Below are positions 17,603 through 27,054 of a stretch of DNA of 64,000 nucleotides, piece by piece. How positions within the stretch are numbered: position 1 is the stretch's first letter; every line of letters starts with the position of its first letter. Made by a program: the position numbers and the translations under genes. This stretch comes from Chitinophaga pinensis (GTDB lineage Bacteria; Bacteroidota; Bacteroidia; Chitinophagales; Chitinophagaceae), in NCBI GenBank assembly GCA_943371565.1, contig CALRVH010000010.1, positions 23,940 through 87,939 on the forward strand, given 5' to 3'. Below the pieces are notes generated by a model, which did no database searches, had not been told where the DNA came from, and worked only from the letters and a program-made list of their open reading frames with translations.

Positions 17603-19024
17603 ATGAAACCAAGATCTGCTCAGTCCCTATTATTTGTACTTTTCCAAGTAATGACTTTATGTTATTATTCGGGAGTAAATGCTCAACGTAATTATCATGA
17701 CTATAGTAAGGACTTGACTGGAGTTTTACTAGATGACCAATTCAATTCTTTACAAAATAAATGGAATCTACATAACTCAAAGATTGAAAATGGCGTTTTG
17801 AGTGTAAGAGACCCAGGCGGGAGTATCAAAAACCCAAAGACCTCAATAAAGGTCCCTATTGATGAAACAAAGGATTTTGAGATAGAATACACTGCACGGC
17901 ATATGGGGGGATTAGTTACTGCTTCGCTTTTTTGGAATGGATATCGTTGGCAAATATCAAAAAAATCTTCAACTATTGAACGAACAAAGACGTTTGGCTC
18001 CGCATTGTTGGCTATGGTTTCGAATGGCTTTAGGGGAGAAGAATTTCAAAAATTCACGATTAGGAAGATAGCTAACTATCTATATTTTTATTTGGATGAG
18101 GGATACTTAAACAACACTTTATACAAACAAGCTGAATTTGACGGAATTCTTGATATTGGGTCAATTGGTAAAATTGATTTCGATTACATAACTGTAAGCT
18201 ATTTGACAAAAAACGAAAATGGTATCCCAGAAAAAAAAATATCAACACAACCTACACGGACACAAAATAATACGGATGGTCTTACACCAATAACTACTGA
18301 GATAAAAAAAGGCGGCAAGTATTATGCATTAATTGTTGGCGTATCAAAATATGATGAGCCTAAATTAAATCTTGACAAACCAGAAAAAGATGCGGAAAAA
18401 ATAAAAGAAATTTTTGTCAAACAATATTCATTTGCTGACTCAACGACTTTCTTACTCAAAAACCCCACCCGCCAAAAGATAATTTCAGAATTATACAGGC
18501 TAAGAAAAATAATAGGCTCCAATGATAACCTGCTTATCTTCTATGCCGGTCACGGTTTCTGGGACGAAGATGCGAGACAAGGTTATTGGTGGGCAAAAGA
18601 TGCTGTGCCCGATGATCCTTCCACCTGGCTATCCAACAGCGATCTGCGGGAACAAATTAGAAGTATTAAATCGGCTCATACCTTGCTGATATCCGACGCC
18701 TGTTTCAGTGGTGGCATTTTCAAAACAAGAAGTGGTAATGATATTCAAAATGCTTCGAGAGATATCCAGATGTTATACCAGATGCCAAGCCGTCGTGCCA
18801 TTACCAGCGGCACGATGACAGCTGTACCAGACAATTCTGTTTTCCTGGAGTATTTATCCAAACGATTAACAGATAATAAGAACAAGTTCCTTTCTTCCCA
18901 GCAATTGTTCGACAGCTTCAGGGCTGCCGTTATTAATAATTCATCTGCTGTTCCGCAGGATGGTGTTATTGCCGAAACCGGTGATGAAGGAGGCGATTTT
19001 ATTTTTATATTGAAGGAGAAATAA
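17603..19024 (+). CDS. Exported caspase-fold (peptidase C14) protein with N-terminal beta-rich domain
   Basis: Signal peptide ends ..SGVNAQ. The C-terminal half has a caspase His (LLIFYAGHG) and Cys (LLISDACFSGG) dyad after YALIVGVSKY. The N-terminal region of about 210 aa is unassigned. Confidence 0.8.
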   Translation: MKPRSAQSLLFVLFQVMTLCYYSGVNAQRNYHDYSKDLTGVLLDDQFNSLQNKWNLHNSKIENGVLSVRDPGGSIKNPKTSIKVPIDETKDFEIEYTARHMGGLVTASLFWNGYRWQISKKSSTIERTKTFGSALLAMVSNGFRGEEFQKFTIRKIANYLYFYLDEGYLNNTLYKQAEFDGILDIGSIGKIDFDYITVSYLTKNENGIPEKKISTQPTRTQNNTDGLTPITTEIKKGGKYYALIVGVSKYDEPKLNLDKPEKDAEKIKEIFVKQYSFADSTTFLLKNPTRQKIISELYRLRKIIGSNDNLLIFYAGHGFWDEDARQGYWWAKDAVPDDPSTWLSNSDLREQIRSIKSAHTLLISDACFSGGIFKTRSGNDIQNASRDIQMLYQMPSRRAITSGTMTAVPDNSVFLEYLSKRLTDNKNKFLSSQQLFDSFRAAVINNSSAVPQDGVIAETGDEGGDFIFILKEK

Positions 19025-19132
19025 ATTCAGATAAAGCATTTCTAAAACAAGTAGCCTTAATCAATAAATGAATTAAAACACTTTACTGCCAGTACAATTT
19101 CGCCTTCACCACTGGTTCAGTTTGATACATTC

Positions 19133-19783
19133 TTATGGCAGAATTTTCTTCCTCATTCTGCTAAATGATTCTGGTTTCATATTCACAAAAGAAGCAATTT
19201 CCTTTATAGTAAATGACTGAAAGAGATGATCATATGATGAATAAATAGCCGCAACTTTTTCTAAATTATTCAAACGCAGTAATTGTGAAACCTCTTTTTC
19301 ATGCTCTAATGCCAAACCAAATATTTTTTCAATCATTGATTTATATAATGCCTGATAGCCAGCGCCAAACAGTGATTGTATTTTGGCCCCATCTATTTCA
19401 AGCACTTTGCATTCGCTGCAGGTTTTAAATGAGTAATTTGAAGGCAACCCCATGAACAGGTTGTTTATTGAACCCACAAAACCTCCATTTCCTATAAGGT
19501 TAAGCACCTGGATTTCAGCATTAGCTGATCTAAACACTTTTACACCGCCATCAATAATATATTGAACATTAGTATTGTTATCCCCTTCCTTTATAAGAAA
19601 TATTCCTTTTCTATAAACCTTATAAATAAAATTTTCAAGAATTATTCTGATTGCCCTTTTCTCAATCGGAAACCCAAGATAATAACAAAGTTTTTCAAAC
19701 TGATGTGCACCAAAATCTAAATAGTCGTATTTCCTGGTTCCCCTACAAACCTCATTGCTATAAACCTTATTATAAATCACCAT
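19133..19783 (-). CDS. Crp/Fnr-family transcriptional regulator
   Basis: cNMP-binding-like beta-roll (LIKEGDNNTNVQYIIDGGVKVF) and a C-terminal HTH (IKEIASFVNMKPESFSRMRK). I prefer the ATG at 19783 over the ORF-track TTG at 19804. Confidence 0.7.
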   Translation of the reverse strand: MVIYNKVYSNEVCRGTRKYDYLDFGAHQFEKLCYYLGFPIEKRAIRIILENFIYKVYRKGIFLIKEGDNNTNVQYIIDGGVKVFRSANAEIQVLNLIGNGGFVGSINNLFMGLPSNYSFKTCSECKVLEIDGAKIQSLFGAGYQALYKSMIEKIFGLALEHEKEVSQLLRLNNLEKVAAIYSSYDHLFQSFTIKEIASFVNMKPESFSRMRKKILP

Positions 19784-20185
19784 TTGCAGTAGTTGTGTAA
19801 ACAAAGATATTGAACAATTAAAACTCCTTGAATCGTTTAAAAATTAAACACCCGTAAACAAATAACTACTTTACTAATAAAAATATTTTTGATTTATAAA
19901 AAAATCCAAAATAATTGACAAATGTCATCGATTTCATCAAATCACTATTTTACAGTTTCAAATGCTTGCTTTCTAATTAAGGTGACTTTACATTTGCCAT
20001 CCCAAAGCTTTTCCGTTCGTTTTACCTCAAGCACAATTTTCTCAAAGCACATTTTCTCAAAGCCTGTCACTGCTACATTAATGCAGTGTCTAAAGTCGTA
20101 TTAGCTGGGCTATAACAAATAGCAGGCTGATACATATAAATATGTACATGTATCAACGCTTTCTGTCACCCAAAAAAGGATAAAA

Positions 20186-22111
20186 ATGAAAATTAAACTG
20201 TACCCACCCCAAAAAAAGAAAATTAAAAGCAACGGATTTTTGTTTCGTGTTTCTATTGTTTCCTACTTCTTGTTTTTTACTGTTCTTGACGCTTTTGCCG
20301 CAACATCTTTTATTTCGACCAACGCTACCATTTGCAAAAATTCAAACGTCACATTTTCTGTAAACAGACTGGCATTATCTTCAAACACCAATTTGCCGGC
20401 ACCGTTTGAAGCAATAAGGATGTACCTGCATAATGGCACCTCGTTTGTTTTGATACCAGCAAATGACCCCATCTTCACGCTGTTAACTGATAATAATGGA
20501 AATACTTTTAAAGAGGAGTTTAGAGTCAATATGACCAATGACCCCACTTTTATTGGTATTAAAATAATTAGAATTGAATGTGTAGATAACGCAGGCAATG
20601 TTGCTGTAATGGATATAACACTAACTGTTGGGGATTGTCAGACCTATACCATGGATTATGGTGATGCACCAGACGCTTCTGTCGGTACGGGTGTTGGGAA
20701 TTACAATACTACTGCAGCAGACAATGGTGCAGGTCATATTATCAGCCCCCTTTTATTCATTGGAAACGTTGCTCCTGACAGTGATCCGGGCAATTTACAG
20801 AAGGCCGGAGCGATGATTGACGACATCAGCAATACCGGAGCTATTGATGATGAAGAAGGCGTTACTATTTTCCCTGGTTTATATACTCTTGCAACCTCCT
20901 ATTCACTAACCGTTACTGTTACCAATAATACAAATACCGATGCCACACTTTCTGGCTGGATTGACTTTAATAAAAATGGGGTGTTCGAACTAAATGAAAG
21001 AGTACAAGCGGTTATCGCACCGGGTGCTACATCTGCCACATTAACCTGGACTGGTATTGCAGGTCTTACAAGCGGTGATACCTATGCAAGATTTAGAATT
21101 GCTACAGATCTATTGCAAGTAGAAGATGCAACTGGCATTGCCGGTTCTGGTGAAGTGGAAGACTATAAAGTTATTATAAAACCGAGTTATACAGTTTGTG
21201 GGAATGTCTTTCTTGATCTCAATGGGCTGATCGATAATTTGGTGAGTGGTGAAGGCACAAACGGGGATGACAGGATTTATGCAATTTTAGTCAATAGTAG
21301 TGGTAATGTAGTGGCTGATACTCTTGTCGCCACTAATGGAACATATTGCTTCACTAATGTTATACCACAAACCTATTCAGTTATCTTGAGTACTACTCCA
21401 GGAACTATTAATTCACCGGCACCTTCTCCGTCTTTACCTCCAATATGGAGATTCTCAGGTGAAAACATTGGAGCCACTCCCGGCAACGATGGTCAGACTG
21501 ATGGTATTTTACATTTCACTGTTTCTAACAGCAACATAAATGAAGTCAATTTTGGTGTGCAGTCCCCGGCGATAATTGGGTTGCCACTCAAACTGTCACA
21601 TTTCTCTGCCACACAACAAAATTGTACTGCTTACCTGAAATGGGAAACTGTTCAGGAGATAAATTCAGCAAGATTTGATGTTGAATTAAGCACTGACGGC
21701 GGACGTTCATTTACTATCATCACTAACATTGCAGCTGCTGGCAACAGTGACAATCTAAGAAGATATGAATACAGCCACCCTCTTATGCCCGGACTAAATA
21801 TTTTCAGATTAAGTATGGTAGATATTGATGGCACTTCAAAATATAGTTCAGTTGTTTTCTTGAAATGTGGAACTGAAACCCGTATCTCGGTCTTCCCTAA
21901 CCCAGCTACAACGAACATCAATGTTGTTGGAATGTCAACTGGTAAAAAAGAAGTAAGTATTGCCTCTATTAATGGTAGTATTTTGGGTGTGTATGAAACA
22001 ACTACCAGCTATATTTCTATAAATACCGCCAATTTGCCTGCAGGTATTTATATATTGAAAATTAAGGATCCAATGAATGTTGTAACGAATTACAAGTTCA
22101 TCAAACAATAA
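20186..22111 (+). CDS. T9SS-sorted surface protein with GEVED domain
   Basis: Contains the GSGEVEDYKV motif. The C-terminal ~80 aa match the type A T9SS sorting domain pattern (ISVFPNPATTNINV ... GIYILKIKD). An N-terminal signal is present. Confidence 0.8.
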   Translation: MKIKLYPPQKKKIKSNGFLFRVSIVSYFLFFTVLDAFAATSFISTNATICKNSNVTFSVNRLALSSNTNLPAPFEAIRMYLHNGTSFVLIPANDPIFTLLTDNNGNTFKEEFRVNMTNDPTFIGIKIIRIECVDNAGNVAVMDITLTVGDCQTYTMDYGDAPDASVGTGVGNYNTTAADNGAGHIISPLLFIGNVAPDSDPGNLQKAGAMIDDISNTGAIDDEEGVTIFPGLYTLATSYSLTVTVTNNTNTDATLSGWIDFNKNGVFELNERVQAVIAPGATSATLTWTGIAGLTSGDTYARFRIATDLLQVEDATGIAGSGEVEDYKVIIKPSYTVCGNVFLDLNGLIDNLVSGEGTNGDDRIYAILVNSSGNVVADTLVATNGTYCFTNVIPQTYSVILSTTPGTINSPAPSPSLPPIWRFSGENIGATPGNDGQTDGILHFTVSNSNINEVNFGVQSPAIIGLPLKLSHFSATQQNCTAYLKWETVQEINSARFDVELSTDGGRSFTIITNIAAAGNSDNLRRYEYSHPLMPGLNIFRLSMVDIDGTSKYSSVVFLKCGTETRISVFPNPATTNINVVGMSTGKKEVSIASINGSILGVYETTTSYISINTANLPAGIYILKIKDPMNVVTNYKFIKQ

Positions 22112-22128
22112 ACTGAAAACTGCATTAA

Positions 22129-22167
22129 TAAAAAAGCTATCCGGTAATTTCCGGATAGCTTTTTTTA
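22129..22167. terminator. Bidirectional rho-independent terminator
   Basis: An A-run is followed by the stem agctatccgg (22135-22144), loop taattt, stem ccggatagct (22151-22160) and a T7 run. It sits between convergent genes, and the T-run overlaps the yigZ stop codon. Confidence 0.8.
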
Positions 22168-22770
22168 GCATTTCTCCACTTCTACCCTTCTCAAATCCTT
22201 CAATTTATTCAGCACTTCCTCCAGCCTGTCCCTTGGTACAGCAATCTCCAAAGAACAGAACAATTGTGTTTCTTGTTTTTGAATCACACAATCATGTTGC
22301 TTCACTATTTTCATCACATCATTCATTTGGGTGTAATCAAATTGCAGCCGGTAATTGATAAGAATTGGTTTCTGTATAATTGAATTTTCGTCAAAGGCCA
22401 GTGCAGTTGCCGTTTTATACGCATTTATTAATCCAGGTACACCAAGTAAAGTGCCACCAAAATATCGTACCACTATTATCAATACATTCGTTACCTGCTT
22501 ACTGTCGATTTGCCCAAGTATCGGTCGTCCGGCAGATCCTGATGGCTCGCCGTCATCACTAACACGGAAATTAGTGCCGTCCATACCGATCCGATAAGCA
22601 AAACAATGATGTACTGCTTTGGAATGTTCCTTTTTTAAAGCCGCCAGCCGCTCCTTAAAATCGGTGACACCAGAAATGGGATACGCATAGGCAATGAATT
22701 TGCTGCCCCTGTCTTTAAATTCGGCTACAGAAGGTCTTTCTATCGTATTGTAGTGAGAATCGGAAGTCAT
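22165..22770 (-). CDS. yigZ: YigZ/IMPACT family protein
   Basis: 201 aa with the UPF0029 pattern (KGSKFIAYAYP ... HHCFAYRIG ... DDGEPSGSAGRPIL). Confidence 0.85.
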   Translation of the reverse strand: MTSDSHYNTIERPSVAEFKDRGSKFIAYAYPISGVTDFKERLAALKKEHSKAVHHCFAYRIGMDGTNFRVSDDGEPSGSAGRPILGQIDSKQVTNVLIIVVRYFGGTLLGVPGLINAYKTATALAFDENSIIQKPILINYRLQFDYTQMNDVMKIVKQHDCVIQKQETQLFCSLEIAVPRDRLEEVLNKLKDLRRVEVEKC

Positions 22771-23822
22771 TAGTCGTTAGCCTGGTATTTCGGTTGGTAT
22801 ATTTCAATGCTATCAGAAAGGATCTTTTGCTCAGATACTTTTACACCATGATTTAGCACCGGTGCAGGGAGGCCATTATTAATTATCAATTCTTCATTCT
22901 TAATTATTCTCGCCTCATCCCAAACGCCATTATCAATAAACGATTGGAGCAGCGTGGCTCCGCCTTCCACCAGCACACTTTGTATTTTCAAACTGTGCAA
23001 AGCTTTCATCATCTGTGCAACAAGATTTTCGCCTTTTTCCAATTTATAATAAACCAGGTTTTCTTTTTCTTCCTGCTTTACTGAATTAAAGATGATGGTC
23101 TTAGCTTTATCATTAAAAACTTTTAGTGAAGCCGGAAGCCGCAGGTTCATATCTACTAACACCCGTACAGGTGAAGGCCCCGGCCATGATCTTGTTGTGA
23201 GCTCCGGATCATCCAACAAAGCTGTATTTGTTCCTATCAATATCGCAGCCTCTTCACTTCGCCACTTATGGATCAGCTTGTTTGTATACTCATTGCTGAT
23301 AAATAGCCGGTCACTACTGCCGGATGATATTTTTGCATCGGCAGTCTGCGCCCATTTTAAAACAACATAAGGCCGTTGTTTCGTATGAAAAGTAAAGAAC
23401 CGTTTATTTAATTCTTTACAATCCGATTCAAGTAATCCAACCTCCACTTCTAATCCTGCTGCTTTCAGTTTCTCAATGCCCTTTCCATTTACTTGCTCAA
23501 AAGGATCCCTGCAGCCTATTATTATTCTTGGAATTTTGCATTGAATAATCAAATCGGCACAAGGTGGCGTTTTTCCAACATGAGAACAGGGCTCTAAAGA
23601 AACATACATGGTAGATTGGGAAATGAGCTCCTTGTCTTCCTTTTTTACAGAATGAATACAATTGACTTCTGCATGTGCTTCGCCATATTTTTGATGCCAA
23701 CCTTCACCTATTATTCTGTCCTCATATACGAGGACGGCACCCACCATCGGGTTGGGAGCAACAAACCCTGCCCCAAGCTTTGCCAATTCAAGGCAGCGTT
23801 GCATGTAGTTGTCCGGTAACAT
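22770..23822 (-). CDS. ribD: Bifunctional riboflavin biosynthesis deaminase/reductase
   Basis: Cytidine-deaminase zinc motifs HAEV and PCSHVGKTPPC, plus a C-terminal RibD_C reductase domain. The start is at the ATG at 23822 (MLPDNYMQRCLELA). The ORF-track extension to 23969 overlaps prmC. Confidence 0.9.
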   Translation of the reverse strand: MLPDNYMQRCLELAKLGAGFVAPNPMVGAVLVYEDRIIGEGWHQKYGEAHAEVNCIHSVKKEDKELISQSTMYVSLEPCSHVGKTPPCADLIIQCKIPRIIIGCRDPFEQVNGKGIEKLKAAGLEVEVGLLESDCKELNKRFFTFHTKQRPYVVLKWAQTADAKISSGSSDRLFISNEYTNKLIHKWRSEEAAILIGTNTALLDDPELTTRSWPGPSPVRVLVDMNLRLPASLKVFNDKAKTIIFNSVKQEEKENLVYYKLEKGENLVAQMMKALHSLKIQSVLVEGGATLLQSFIDNGVWDEARIIKNEELIINNGLPAPVLNHGVKVSEQKILSDSIEIYQPKYQAND

Positions 23823-23857
23823 AATTGGCGCAAAAGTAAATGAATTAAGTTTGCGGC

Positions 23858-24712
23858 ATGACCATGCAGGAAGCCACTTATTTCTTGTTGAATAAAATCC
23901 GCAGCATTTACCCGGAAGGAGAAGCAAGCCAGGTGACTGACTGGGTGTTGGAACACCTGACCGGATCAAAGAAAACAGAACGAATGCTGTATAAAAACAC
24001 AGCGATTACCACTAATGAAGAAGTTCAATTACAACAATACACTAAAAGATTAATGGAACATGAACCTGTTCAGTATGTATTGAACGAATCCTGGTTTTGT
24101 GGTATGCGATTTTATGTAGATAAAAACGTACTGATACCAAGACCGGAAACAGAGGAACTGGTGGAATGGATCATCGGCAACTGCAAGTTTCCTGTTGATA
24201 AATTAAACATCCTGGACATAGGCAGCGGCAGCGGCTGCATACCCATTTCACTAAAAAGAAAGATACAAAGAGCTGAAGTATGGAGTTGCGATATAAGCCA
24301 ACAAGCATTAGCGGTTGCGAAAAAGAATGCTCTTACCCTCGGAACAGATATTAACTTTATCCAACTTGATTTTCTTGATAGTAACAACTGGAAACAGCTC
24401 CCGTTGTTTGATATTATCGTAAGTAATCCGCCTTATGTTCCGGTAAAAAATAAAGAACAAATGCAATTGAATGTGCTGCAATATGAACCCGGCACAGCCC
24501 TGTTTGTTCCCGATAACGATCCATTGGTATTTTATAACGCCATAGCTGAATTTGGCAAAACACATCTCAACAAATCCGGAAACATCTATACCGAAATACA
24601 TGAAGATCTCGGCGAACAAACGATGGCCCTATTCAATTCCGCAGGATATACAACTGAACTCAAAAAGGATATGCAACAAAAAGACCGGATGATTAAATCC
24701 GGCCTTGTATAA
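23858..24712 (+). CDS. prmC: Release factor glutamine N5-methyltransferase
   Basis: SAM motif LDIGSGSGCI and catalytic NPPY (IVSNPPYV). Confidence 0.9.
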   Translation: MTMQEATYFLLNKIRSIYPEGEASQVTDWVLEHLTGSKKTERMLYKNTAITTNEEVQLQQYTKRLMEHEPVQYVLNESWFCGMRFYVDKNVLIPRPETEELVEWIIGNCKFPVDKLNILDIGSGSGCIPISLKRKIQRAEVWSCDISQQALAVAKKNALTLGTDINFIQLDFLDSNNWKQLPLFDIIVSNPPYVPVKNKEQMQLNVLQYEPGTALFVPDNDPLVFYNAIAEFGKTHLNKSGNIYTEIHEDLGEQTMALFNSAGYTTELKKDMQQKDRMIKSGLV

Positions 24713-24736
24713 TTATTACTGAAGTATATCGAAACG

Positions 24737-25138
24737 TTAATCAACTCTTGCCACCACTTTCGCCGTATCTCTCTTTGCCACCCGCATGATGCGGAATACA
24801 TCACCATAATAAGCGGCCGTGTCAGCATTGATAACTACAGTCGGCGTATCTACAAATGCCTTGTATTTTTTAATCTCAAGTCTGAGCATGGAATCAAAAA
24901 TGGCTGATTCTATTTTAGTCGTTCCGATAAAATATTGCTGATCCTTATCAATAGAAACCATGATATTTTGCTTAGCCTTGGTATCTTTTGTACCACGGGG
25001 CAGTCCTACTTTCACTACATTAGGATTAGCCAGCGTAGCTACGATGAGGAAGAACATCAGCAATATGAACAGGATATCATTGAGCGAATCCGTGAAGACC
25101 TCGCCTGATTCTCCCTTATGTTTTTTTCTGAATTTCAT
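24737..25138 (-). CDS. exbD: ExbD/TolR biopolymer transport protein
   Basis: 133 aa with a single N-terminal TM helix (ILFILLMFFLIV) and an ExbD-type periplasmic domain. It is adjacent to exbB. Confidence 0.85.
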   Translation of the reverse strand: MKFRKKHKGESGEVFTDSLNDILFILLMFFLIVATLANPNVVKVGLPRGTKDTKAKQNIMVSIDKDQQYFIGTTKIESAIFDSMLRLEIKKYKAFVDTPTVVINADTAAYYGDVFRIMRVAKRDTAKVVARVD

Positions 25139-25147
25139 TCTTATAGT

Positions 25148-25843
25148 TTAGCGGGTAGGTTCTTGTAAAATATCAAGAAAATCTGATGAGGCTGCTTCCA
25201 TTTTGTTAGAGGTCTTGTCAATCTGGGTATTCAGGTAACTGTAACCAAGAAAAGCACCCAGTCCGATAACAAGACCAGATATAGAGGTAATAAGTTTGGT
25301 GTAGATACCGCCAGAGATTGTACTTACTTCAAATTCGTTGGAAGTGGTAATACTTGAAAACATTTGCATTAGCCCCATCAATGTTCCGACAAATCCAAAA
25401 ATGGGTGCCGCTTTTGAAATTACAGAAAGTATGCCCAGGTTTTTTTCCAGCTTATACATTTCCAGGGTCCCAACATTGTCCATGCTCTTTTCAATACTAT
25501 CCAGCGGTTTACCGATACGTTGGATGCCTTTATCAATGATCCTGGCCACCGGAGTATTGTTATTTTTTGCAAAACTCCTGGCAGCTGTAATGTTACCACT
25601 GACAATATTATCCCGGATGATGTTCATGAAATTACCATCAATTTTTGCAGCATTGCGGATGGCTATCGAACGTTCTGAAAAAACGTATACAGCAAGTATT
25701 AGCATAATGGCCAACGGAATCATGATCCAGCCACCGGTGATCAATAATTCGCCAAATCCTAAACTACCATCTCCGTTTCTGTCGCCGGCCACTTTTTTTA
25801 TTACCTGTGCGGCAGTGTCTGCAATTTGTAAAAGGTCAATCAT
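25148..25843 (-). CDS. exbB: MotA/TolQ/ExbB proton channel protein
   Basis: 3 TM helices and the conserved C-terminal block (APIFGFVGTLMGLMQMF). Confidence 0.85.
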   Translation of the reverse strand: MIDLLQIADTAAQVIKKVAGDRNGDGSLGFGELLITGGWIMIPLAIMLILAVYVFSERSIAIRNAAKIDGNFMNIIRDNIVSGNITAARSFAKNNNTPVARIIDKGIQRIGKPLDSIEKSMDNVGTLEMYKLEKNLGILSVISKAAPIFGFVGTLMGLMQMFSSITTSNEFEVSTISGGIYTKLITSISGLVIGLGAFLGYSYLNTQIDKTSNKMEAASSDFLDILQEPTR

Positions 25844-26010
25844 AATTTTTGTTCTTTAGGTGTAAAAGTAGGGGTTGCCTGATAATTTGTTTTTTCGTCT
25901 TATCAACAATTGTCAATAATAATTTCCTTGAACGAGAAAAATAATGCCACGTTGTATGACGCCGACAAGTTTTTGAGTTCTTTAACAGGAAAAGGTTGAA
26001 ACCTGAAAGC

Positions 26011-26057
26011 AAAAAGCCCGAAAGACACCTCGTATTTTACAGAGATTTCTTTCGGAC
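26011..26057 (-). terminator. Possible rho-independent terminator after SPFH gene
   Basis: Stem gcccgaaaga (26016-26025) pairs with tctttcggac (26048-26057), with one mismatch at the outermost pair (g26016 opposite c26057 does pair; the arms are otherwise complementary over 8-9 bp). On the minus strand a T5 run follows (A-run 26011-26015 on plus). The 22-nt loop is long, so confidence is modest. Confidence 0.4.
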
Positions 26058-26085
26058 TTCCCAGGTTCTTGTCTTTTTGACAAAA

Positions 26086-27021
26086 CTATACGCCTGCCTG
26101 TTTCACCATCAGGGCCTGTATTTGCCGCATCGTTTTTTCCATTCCTTCCGCACTTCCATCCAGGAAGATGATATTGCCTTTGCCATATTCCGCAAAATTC
26201 TTTACCGCTTCTGTCCACATACTAAACAGGATAACATTTGTATCTAAGTTGGCCTGTTTCATTTGCTCAGCCGCCTCTGTCATACCTTTTGCCACTTCCT
26301 GGCGGAACAAAGCAACACCCTGTCCACGGAGTTGGGCAGCAGTTCTTTCCGCTTCGGCAGATATTTTTATAGAATTACCTTCCGCTTCGGCCGCTTTTGT
26401 TTTAGTTATCAGTAATGCCTGGCCTTCATTTTCAGCTGCCGCTTTCAGGTTGTTAGATGCTACCACTTTACTCATTGAATCAAGAATCACTTTATCAAAC
26501 GTAATATCATTGATCTGTAAGTCCAGCAGGTGGTATCCCCATTCTTCTAAGGTATGGTCAATTTCAACTTTTACATATTCAACGATCTCACGACGAAGCC
26601 CTAACACTTCTGCCTGTTTTTTAGTAGCCACGAACGAACGGATATTACCTTCAATCGTTCTGATAAGAGCCTGCATCAAATCCTTATCACTGATGAACTT
26701 AAAAGCTACTTTTTTTATCGTTTCCTCATTGGCATTTTGTACTGCAAAGAGCATCATCACTTTAAAATACACATTGGCCTGGTCCTGTGTTACGGCCTGG
26801 AATTCCAGTTCTACTGAACGATTTTGAATAGAAAGCTTTTTATAGATCTGCTCGATAAGCGGTATTTTAAACCGCAAACCCGGACCTGCAATCCTCCTGT
26901 ACTTTCCGAACATCGTTACAACTGCAATTGTACCCTGGTTTACAGTGTATAATCCGCTAAAGAAAAAGAAAGCAAGTAAAAGCACCCACCAATACTCTGC
27001 AAATAATTTGGCGTAATCCAT
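26086..27021 (-). CDS. SPFH/Band 7 (prohibitin-like) membrane protein
   Basis: N-terminal TM helix, an SPFH core, and an Ala/Glu-rich coiled region (AAENEGQALLITKTKAAEAEG). Confidence 0.85.
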   Translation of the reverse strand: MDYAKLFAEYWWVLLLAFFFFSGLYTVNQGTIAVVTMFGKYRRIAGPGLRFKIPLIEQIYKKLSIQNRSVELEFQAVTQDQANVYFKVMMLFAVQNANEETIKKVAFKFISDKDLMQALIRTIEGNIRSFVATKKQAEVLGLRREIVEYVKVEIDHTLEEWGYHLLDLQINDITFDKVILDSMSKVVASNNLKAAAENEGQALLITKTKAAEAEGNSIKISAEAERTAAQLRGQGVALFRQEVAKGMTEAAEQMKQANLDTNVILFSMWTEAVKNFAEYGKGNIIFLDGSAEGMEKTMRQIQALMVKQAGV

Positions 27022-27054
27022 AACTTTTAAATTTAATTGTAATGTAATGTACGA

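Noticed and set aside
20031-20061. A tandem 15/16-nt direct repeat, considered as a possible CRISPR or mini-satellite.
   Set aside because: There are only two adjacent copies with no spacers, and no cas genes are in the window. It is treated as a possible regulatory repeat instead.
19922-20104. A 60-aa ORF inside the Crp/GEVED intergenic region.
   Set aside because: The translation is Ser/Phe-rich and low-complexity, and it spans the repeat and palindrome sites. It has no family resemblance.
23823-23969. A 49-aa N-terminal extension of the ribD ORF overlapping the prmC start.
   Set aside because: The extension is Pro/Cys/Trp-rich with no RibD similarity. The internal Met at 23822 gives the canonical RibD N-terminus and a normal 35-bp divergent spacer.
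24737-25843. An ExbB plus single ExbD without TonB or a second ExbD.
   Set aside because: TonB genes are often unlinked. Nothing in the sequence suggests anything beyond a standard energy-transduction pair.
26168-26827. Long antisense ORFs inside well-supported genes. Examples are 26168-26827 in the SPFH gene, 25338-25859 in exbB, 13341-13841 in the GDPD gene, 9379-9792 in the ALDH gene, and 34262-35449 in gene A.
   Set aside because: In every case the opposite strand encodes a protein with clear family motifs or a signal peptide. The antisense translations are low-complexity with no recognisable features.
26086-27021. The SPFH/Band 7 gene, considered as part of a stomatin-NfeD pair or a defence-type module.
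   Set aside because: No NfeD-like partner or other accessory gene is adjacent. The flanks are pepT and a terminator followed by exbBD. It looks like an ordinary housekeeping SPFH protein.
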